This document shows, in pieces, positions 58,001-64,000 of a DNA stretch of 64,000 nucleotides. This DNA comes from Armatimonadota bacterium (GTDB lineage: Bacteria > Armatimonadota > SYMT01): contig JBKBRF010000001.1 of NCBI GenBank assembly GCA_046292385.1, positions 191,305 to 255,304 of the forward strand, given 5' to 3'. The notes under the pieces were generated by a model, which searched no databases, was not told the DNA's origin, and saw nothing but the letters and a program-made list of their open reading frames with translations. The stretch's first letter is position 1. Every line of letters begins with the position of its first letter. A program made the translations under genes and the position numbers.

Positions 58001-60375
58001 GGTATCCGAACCAGTTCAGCGTCGACCCCGACACCGGGGTGGTGACGTTCCTGAACATGGAGAACTTCTCCCTCAACCTGCAGAACATGGTCTCTCCGGC
58101 CCAGGCTGCGGCGCAGGGCGTCGATACCGGCGGCCGGCCCGCCGTGCCGATCAACGTCCGCGTGGGGCGGCAGGGTATGATCGCGTTCCAGGGCACCGTG
58201 CTCGTGCCGCTGCCGCTGGTGGCGGTCTACCAGCCGAACACCGGCGAGCAGTTCCTCTCCAGCCCGGTGATCGCGTCGGACCGGGCGATCCTGATGGGCT
58301 CCGGCGGGTTCATGCACGAGATCCCGCTCAACCCGAAGACGCTGAACCCGAACTTCGGCCTGGGTGCCGGGGCGGGACTGGCGGCGCTGGACCTGCAGGT
58401 CGCGGGCCTGCGGCGGGTCCGGGCCGTCACCGTGGTGCCGCCGACTTCGCCGGTGACCGCGCCGCCGGTGCTCTCGGACGACCTGCTGGTCGCCACCACG
58501 CCGCAGGGGCTCACGTTCTACCGGTCTCCCAACGTGGTGATCGCGGATTCGAACCGGATCATCGAGGCGTCCGGCGACTCCCAGGCGCTCGCGTCTACCG
58601 ACGCGGTGTTGAAGCACCGGGTCGACAACAGCGAGTTCGCCATCCCGACCGATCCGGCGTTCTCCAACACCTTCGGCCGCGCGGTGCTGACGGAGCGATT
58701 GCCGCTGAACCGCCCGTCGACGGTGCGCAAGCTGAACCGCGACAGCAGTCTAACGTCGATCTTCCAGAGCCAGTCGGTGACCAGGATCGGGAATGGGATG
58801 GACCCCACCGTCCAGGAGCATTCCGACCTGGCGACCGAGAGCTACCTGGTGGCGGATACCGGCAACAACCGCTGCGTGGAGTTCAACCCGCTCGGGAAGG
58901 CGGTCTGGGACCTCACCAGCTTCCAGGACCCGTTCAACATCCTTCCGGCCGGGGAATCGCTCTCCCTCCGCTCGCCGATGGACGTGCAGCGCTGGGTGGA
59001 AGTGGAGCGCAACACCGCGGTCTTCGACCCGGGCACCGGGATGTCCGGCACCGCGCCGTTCGTCTATGTGATCCACACGCTGATCGCCGATACCGGCAAC
59101 CACCGGGTGCTGGAGATCGTGGACAAGGTGCTGCCGCAGCCGAACGGCATGTTCACGCCGGCCAGCTTCCCCTACACGCCGAACCAGGTCGGCTCGGACG
59201 GCCAGCCGATCCGGTGGTACCACGTGCTGGTCTGGTCATCCCAGACCAACGCGCAGGGTCTGAAGCTGAACTACCGCACCGCGCAGCGGATCTTCTGGAC
59301 CGACGAGCAGGGCAACCCGATTCCCACGCAGGCGCCGCCTGGAAACGTGCCGGGCGAGGCGGTGCCGCACCCGCCGTATCTCCCGCACGAGCCGTACCTC
59401 AGCTACACCATGTGCGCGGTGAACGGTCAGATCGTGGGTTACCCGGAGACGGGCGCCGCCTACGTGTCGTACAACCGCTTCTACGCGGGGAACGTCCCCG
59501 ATTCGGTGGTACACCGCAAGCCGATAACCCGCGGCGGCGGGGACAGCATCGTCTTCCTGCGCGGGCGCTACCGCGCGGAGCAACCGGGGGAGCTGGCCCA
59601 GGCGCCGCCCGCGGCCGTCGGCTTCGGGGGCGTGGGTCCGTTCGACTTCCGCGTGCCGGTCTCCAACGGCAGCCAGCAGGTGCGGTTCGCGCAGGGCGTG
59701 GTCGATCCGAACGTGCCGGTGCTGACCCATATCTGGGACGACGTCCGCATGTCCGGCGCCAACCTGCGCCCGGTGCACCGGCTGAACGGCATCACCTCCG
59801 TGCAGCGGACCGTGCGCACCGACGTGCGGTTCGCGCCGGACATGTTCTCCCCCAACGCCCCCATGCGCCCGCAGATGTACTTCCTGGTGGCGGATCGGGA
59901 CGGCGTGTGGGAGTGCCGCTTCCTGGCCGGGCAGTTCGTGCCGAACATCAGCGTGCCGGATTGGGATCAGCCCCGGTTCCGGCTCACCTGGGCGCTGAAT
60001 GGCCCGGACTACGCGGCGATCACCGGAGGCCGGCGCCTGACGCCGTCGTCCGCGAGGCGGCTGGACAACGGCATGGTGCTGATCACCAACCGCACTCCGG
60101 CCCCGGATCCGACCGCCGCCAGCGGCAGCGCCATCGGGTCGGACGTCTTCATCCTGCAGCCGGCCGACTTCGCGACGCCGGAGCTGCGCGGCGGGCAGCC
60201 GTACGATCCCGTCAACGTGGCGATGCACGGCTGGCGGCCGGACCGCCTCGTGCAGGCGAACAGCAACCCGAGCATCCGCTGGCGCGCGGCGGAGGTGACG
60301 GCGGCGAACCAACCGCCCAGCCTCGCCGGCAGCTACGTGCCGATTCAGCCGACCTACGCGGACGTGGTGGACTGA
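55066..60375 (+). CDS. Very large secreted protein (1769 aa), DUF4159-like N-terminus and beta-propeller/NHL-like repeats
   Basis: GAGGTG RBS; signal peptide ending AWA; LVADTGNNR, LIADTGNHR, FLSSPVI, LDNGMVLITN. Confidence 0.8.
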   Translation: MLRRAGFILITVALMAAGSLPMAWAARFTQGRTRQLKVCVLTIPTPSEPGSPMAQPDPDAVSQTRSPNPYPYVFYVLQNRGDLKPDGWSFVNPAAPATVSLEQAVRWGVAQGTALKPDMAAYWETPLNERNINVLRQMDVVYLPIARNPVLFTEDQRRMLTTMADSGVTIWVDWALPAATANDAMGGPNPLTRDPFFTNVDFGTVGGTAAVPPVRHPLLEAQYVLQDQEVLQVGSLYGTATAPGASRAVQTRGDAQPTANFTTVIPNSVAPTHLGGYVVAARMGAGYVIGTAGNVGGALAGQILTPANAATVRNQPVDLNRAQDEDLKFAYNIFAWRTEAATVSKDARHTGETNVHVQGLIEQGNFPHLLYPGSAGQPWINYATYAAANPAQLLPNPSSPLIMNGVVVAATRYRDAGNNPVSELNAFQTDPKDDFDSNGYLDDPIPSDATPPNELKDFSLGQPYDRILRLPLGPNTVVTGLTSGEIPDITGAGGAQSYVFATANTGLLSFSAPRPGVPMPTNTQLAPAVPMSYTGPAAFANIPGPIINNQPWVSSQLYAGGVVNSGSPFGGSSNGKVIAWNVAFDGSLNNGALPTPSAGPAWYYPANQEANRMGPVAGPVTVAQVQDAATGAIDTLVFTTSVSSGDSAGDVQGNQGGDTTGKVQGFIVATRGDVLAFPQGANAPGGGNPTAGRRFVSSRWQNLAPGSGAPPSAQELRIDPLKHVEVRVISRATGYVEGRYFAPQPGQTFNATQHIRLLPDGVGGQFELPEPPPAFVSPTIPGQWDLNRFILVADYSPLPVPVDNNAGLSMRPRFNPSTPYERNANGSVQSQIQPTGVAGGVAVGKDNLIYYGTGIGFMCAAEMRKGQAAFRWKMRAQEYLDGSGRSSNVDPTSGAYLNDYAFTAAPAAGSHIVFAARGRGGPGRVYVFDPNATIRFKLPIPQGSLNPTLAREVSIQADHGVGVNPNDPYLFAEQQPWGRYPNQFSVDPDTGVVTFLNMENFSLNLQNMVSPAQAAAQGVDTGGRPAVPINVRVGRQGMIAFQGTVLVPLPLVAVYQPNTGEQFLSSPVIASDRAILMGSGGFMHEIPLNPKTLNPNFGLGAGAGLAALDLQVAGLRRVRAVTVVPPTSPVTAPPVLSDDLLVATTPQGLTFYRSPNVVIADSNRIIEASGDSQALASTDAVLKHRVDNSEFAIPTDPAFSNTFGRAVLTERLPLNRPSTVRKLNRDSSLTSIFQSQSVTRIGNGMDPTVQEHSDLATESYLVADTGNNRCVEFNPLGKAVWDLTSFQDPFNILPAGESLSLRSPMDVQRWVEVERNTAVFDPGTGMSGTAPFVYVIHTLIADTGNHRVLEIVDKVLPQPNGMFTPASFPYTPNQVGSDGQPIRWYHVLVWSSQTNAQGLKLNYRTAQRIFWTDEQGNPIPTQAPPGNVPGEAVPHPPYLPHEPYLSYTMCAVNGQIVGYPETGAAYVSYNRFYAGNVPDSVVHRKPITRGGGDSIVFLRGRYRAEQPGELAQAPPAAVGFGGVGPFDFRVPVSNGSQQVRFAQGVVDPNVPVLTHIWDDVRMSGANLRPVHRLNGITSVQRTVRTDVRFAPDMFSPNAPMRPQMYFLVADRDGVWECRFLAGQFVPNISVPDWDQPRFRLTWALNGPDYAAITGGRRLTPSSARRLDNGMVLITNRTPAPDPTAASGSAIGSDVFILQPADFATPELRGGQPYDPVNVAMHGWRPDRLVQANSNPSIRWRAAEVTAANQPPSLAGSYVPIQPTYADVVD

Positions 60376-60460
60376 CCCCGCGTATACAAGGCGGTAGGTC
60401 CCGTTCGAAGCAGATGAGAGCGACCCCCCGTGGGTTTCGATACGAGAGTATGGTGAGACG

Positions 60461-63400
60461 ATGTTGAAGCGCAGTGCAGTCCTCTGGATGCTGCTGGCAA
60501 GCCTGGCGACGCTGCCGGTCTTTGCTCGAGACTTCCGCTCGTGGCGCACCGACGGAATCCATCTCCGTGGGAGCAGCGTGGGGCAGCAGTCGACTCACCA
60601 GGCGTTCAACCTGTATGAGAGCCTGCTGGATACCGGCGCGCTGGACCTCTCTCTCTACTGGAAAGGCGCCCTCCAGGAGCACGGCGGGATGACGACGGCC
60701 CCGTTTGGGGACGTGCCTCCCACCCAGGCGCTCCGCGACAACCGCGAGCAGGACGCGGAAGTCGACTGGAGCACCTGGGGGCCGGTCGCGAGCAAGGCGC
60801 CCGCGCCGCCGCGCCCGCTCTTTACCCCCAACGTGCCGCAGGCCTGGAGCCCGATGGTGCTCGACCTGGACCAGACCAACGGCGGCAACCCGGACCACGT
60901 GCTCGTCTCCGTCTCGTTCGAGCCGCTGCAGCCGGGAGGCTCCACCCGGGAGCAGGTGCTGAACCTCTACTATCCGCAGGTCGCCGCGGGCCTGCCGCAG
61001 AACGCCACGAGCGTGACCGCGGCGGACCGGGGCACGGTGCGGCCGCTCTGGGTGCGGGGCGGGAATACCAGCACCCCCGGCATGCTGATCCGGAACCTGG
61101 CGCCGGTGCGCGCCAGCCTGACCAACGCCGCGGACCCCGGCGTCGGCGTGGTGACGCACGCCCCGATCCTGGCGCGGGTGCCGGCCACCTTCGCTGCGGC
61201 CCAGAATCCCACTGATCCGAACCGGCAGCCGGAGATCCTGCCGGTCGTCTACCTGGTAGTGGGCACCGGAGAGAACAACGACTTCGCGCGGGTGATCTGC
61301 GTCTCGCTGAAGCGGCCGGACGCGTTCGCGAACGCCGCCGCCAATCCGATCCTGCCGAATCCGGCCAGCTACACCACCGGTACCACCCTCGAGGCGCCGA
61401 ACGGCGACTACTTCAACCCCACCAACGGGGACGGCAACGTCATGTGGTCGTACACCGTGCGCGCCCGCGACGGCGTCGCCGCGACCCCGGTGGCCGGCAT
61501 CTCGTTCGCGGACGTGGGCGACAGCACCCTGCCGGTGCCGCTCGTCTTCCTCACCACTGCGGACGGCCAGGTGATCGCGCTGAACGGCCGGGCGGTGGAC
61601 CAGCGCGACGTGAGCCAGGACGGCGATCCGGCGATCGACGTTCAGAACCCGACGCCCCGCTGGACCTGGGCGACTCCGTCCCGGAACGTCGGCGGCGTGC
61701 CGGAGCTTCCCGGCTTCTCCTACGGCATGGCCCCGGCCGTGGCGCGCGTGCCGCTGGATGAGATGTTCAGCGGCCAGGGCAACAGCAGCCAGACCGTCAC
61801 CAACGCGGCCGCGAAGCACAACGTCACCGAGTGGCCGCTCTACGTGGCGGACAAGCAGGGCACCTTCTGGGCGCTGGAGGCCCCCGGTCGCACCGACCGC
61901 AACGGCAGCGGCGCGGTAACCGGCCACAGCGCCCTGGTGCGCTGGAAGAACGAGGCCGCGGCGGATGCCGCCCGCCTCGACGCGCTGGGTCAGCGGGAGC
62001 GGTTCATCCTGCCGCCGGTGATCTACCAGGGCAACACGCCGATGCTCACCTCCGGCGGCGCCGTGGTGAACGGCAGCAGCGACGTCGGCTTCGACGACCA
62101 GGTGATCTTCGGCGCGGAGAAGGGGAACGTCTTCGCCCTCGACGCGATCGGCGAGCTGATGGTGGAGGGCGCGGCCAACGCGGACGACGGCCGCCCCACC
62201 GGAAATACCTCGTTCCGCTGGCAGTGGCCGCAGGACGATACCACGCTCACCAACGCCGATGATTTTACGAACACCGCGGAAGAGCCGCGGGTCTGGCCTC
62301 GAGAGCTTCGGGACCCGAACCTCTCGACCTCGCCAACTCCGGCCCGGCTTGCGCCGCCGGTGGACCCGGCCGACTACTTCACCCGCAGCCCTCTCGCCGT
62401 GGCGCTGGGCGGAAACTCCAATCCCGACGGGTCAAACCCCAACCTCGATCCGGGCGACGACGCCGTCTTCGTGCCGTACCTGCAGGAACGGGCCGCGGAT
62501 CCGTCCGTGCCGGCCGGGAATCGCGGCTTCTGGGAGTACGTGGGCAGCCTCAAGCCGTACGGCTTCGTGCAGGTGAGCCGTCCGGTCCTGGAGCTTCGTG
62601 AGATCGAGTTCACGCAGGGCGCGGACACCTTCAAGCTGCCGCTCAACACGCTGCGCGTGGGTACCGTCAAGGGGAACGGCCTGCCGAGCAACCTGGTGCA
62701 GACCACGCGGGATCTGAACAACAATCCCGGCGGAGCCAACCCGAACTACGATCCGGTCGGCCTTACGCCGGAAGATACGATCTACTTCGCCGATACCACC
62801 TGGTACGCCGACGAGACCGGAGAGTATGTCACGCTGCCGTTCGGCACGCAGGTGACGATCCGCTACCGCGCGCCGGCGTCACCCTCGGACCTGACGCCGC
62901 AGGACGTGACGGAGACGCTCGTCTTCCCCTCGTGCTATCGGGACATCTCGACCGACCCCGCGGTGATCACCCCGGCGCGCTCCCGCGCCAGCCTGAGCGA
63001 GGCTTACAACCGGCTGGAGCAGCGCAGGATTACCCGCTCCGGCGCTACCTTTACCGTTGAACATGAGAACCCGGCGCTGGTCCCCACCGGCGACTTCCTC
63101 ATCGCGCCGGACGGCGAGGGCGCGCGGCCGCCAGCGATGTTCGGCGCCGGTAGCTCCAGCACGGCGGGCACCCTTCTGGTGCCGTCGCTCTTCCGCGGTC
63201 GCGTCGTCGCCTTCGACCACCGGCTGCGGCTGCAGCGGATCATCCCGGGTTTCTATCATCCCGCGCTTCAGACCGGAGCACTACCGCAGGAGCCGCCGGC
63301 GTTCGGGCCGGCGACCGGGGACCCCGGCTCATTTGTCCAGACCGCACTTGGCACGCCGTTTGTCGAGGATATCCCTGCTTCACGCGTAGCCACGCAGCCG

Positions 63401-64000
63401 GGCTGCCCGGATATCGGCGGCTCGGTGACCGTGGTGGATGGCTGGATCTATCTCACCTACCGCAACGGCCACACGCGCTCCCTGGCAAATGTGAGCGGCG
63501 GAGGTGCCGGTGCCGGCGGCGGCACGGGCGCCAACCCTCCCCTGTGGGAAGGGCTCCCGGGACCGCCGAGCGGTGGTGGTAACCTGGTGCGCGCGCCGCT
63601 TTCCATCCGCATTCTCCGGAATAAGCCGCCGACCGATATCTCTACTTTCAACCCCGGGGCGAACGACTACCGGGACTCGGCCGAGCTGGATGCCTCCGTC
63701 CTTCTCGAGTGGGGAGAGACCCTCTACGCGGAGGTCTATTACGGCCCAGCTAACGAGCTGCCTCCGCTTGGAGCTCCGCCGGCGAGTCCTCACGCGGTGC
63801 CCCAGCCGGGAAGCCTGTATCTCGATCCACAGGTGCTGCAGCGCGAGGTGCAGGGGCAGATCCGCAGCAAGGGGGCGGTGCAGCAGCTCCCCGGCTCCAA
63901 CCGCGGCACGCGTCCCACGGTAGCAAACGGGCGCGTCATCGCGATCGTGCCGATCTTCGCGGGGGTGCCGTCCGGCACGAACCCCCTGACCCCGGGAACA
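60461..64000 (+). CDS. Very large secreted protein, 3'-truncated (at least 1180 aa), PQQ-like propeller motifs
   Basis: Absent from the ORF track, consistent with no stop in the window. I translated the start (MLKRSAVLWMLLASLATLPVFA|RDF), several internal stretches (TADGQVIALN, LYVADKQGTFWAL, FGAEKGNVFALD) and the end, all open in the same frame. Confidence 0.85.
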   Translation, partial: MLKRSAVLWMLLASLATLPVFARDFRSWRTDGIHLRGSSVGQQSTHQAFNLYESLLDTGALDLSLYWKGALQEHGGMTTAPFGDVPPTQALRDNREQDAEVDWSTWGPVASKAPAPPRPLFTPNVPQAWSPMVLDLDQTNGGNPDHVLVSVSFEPLQPGGSTREQVLNLYYPQVAAGLPQNATSVTAADRGTVRPLWVRGGNTSTPGMLIRNLAPVRASLTNAADPGVGVVTHAPILARVPATFAAAQNPTDPNRQPEILPVVYLVVGTGENNDFARVICVSLKRPDAFANAAANPILPNPASYTTGTTLEAPNGDYFNPTNGDGNVMWSYTVRARDGVAATPVAGISFADVGDSTLPVPLVFLTTADGQVIALNGRAVDQRDVSQDGDPAIDVQNPTPRWTWATPSRNVGGVPELPGFSYGMAPAVARVPLDEMFSGQGNSSQTVTNAAAKHNVTEWPLYVADKQGTFWALEAPGRTDRNGSGAVTGHSALVRWKNEAAADAARLDALGQRERFILPPVIYQGNTPMLTSGGAVVNGSSDVGFDDQVIFGAEKGNVFALDAIGELMVEGAANADDGRPTGNTSFRWQWPQDDTTLTNADDFTNTAEEPRVWPRELRDPNLSTSPTPARLAPPVDPADYFTRSPLAVALGGNSNPDGSNPNLDPGDDAVFVPYLQERAADPSVPAGNRGFWEYVGSLKPYGFVQVSRPVLELREIEFTQGADTFKLPLNTLRVGTVKGNGLPSNLVQTTRDLNNNPGGANPNYDPVGLTPEDTIYFADTTWYADETGEYVTLPFGTQVTIRYRAPASPSDLTPQDVTETLVFPSCYRDISTDPAVITPARSRASLSEAYNRLEQRRITRSGATFTVEHENPALVPTGDFLIAPDGEGARPPAMFGAGSSSTAGTLLVPSLFRGRVVAFDHRLRLQRIIPGFYHPALQTGALPQEPPAFGPATGDPGSFVQTALGTPFVEDIPASRVATQPGCPDIGGSVTVVDGWIYLTYRNGHTRSLANVSGGGAGAGGGTGANPPLWEGLPGPPSGGGNLVRAPLSIRILRNKPPTDISTFNPGANDYRDSAELDASVLLEWGETLYAEVYYGPANELPPLGAPPASPHAVPQPGSLYLDPQVLQREVQGQIRSKGAVQQLPGSNRGTRPTVANGRVIAIVPIFAGVPSGTNPLTPGT

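Overview
High-GC bacterial chromosome segment. It is probably Armatimonadota-like, an inference from ylqD inside the ffh-rpsP-rimM-trmD locus, a LolA-like exported protein and many large prepilin-type genes. From left to right it holds: the end of a surface-glycan cluster (rmlA, rmlB, GT2, wecD-like, wecE); nadE; two paralogous secreted proteins ending in poly-Pro; sodA; rlmN; a DUF433/DUF5615 toxin-antitoxin pair; a ~10 kb co-oriented Fe-S/terpenoid cluster (DndA-like cysteine desulfurase, GcvH-like protein, CobW-type GTPase, HdrA-N-like protein, ferredoxin, radical SAM, DUF116-polyprenyl synthase fusion, prenyltransferase barrel, class II terpene cyclase); the ffh-trmD translation locus; assorted enzymes; a sigma-70 factor; tdk; aroE; and a type IV pilus locus (pilB, pilT, pilC, pilD) followed by giant minor pilins and very large secreted proteins running off the right edge. 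Intergenic DNA carries many 6/7/8-mer tandem arrays and REP-like palindromes. One inverted heptamer pair brackets a four-helix-bundle gene, and five arrays abut a shared TCCGAACC-like motif. No rRNA, tRNA or CRISPR array was seen. All family calls come from motif recognition by eye; no database search was run.
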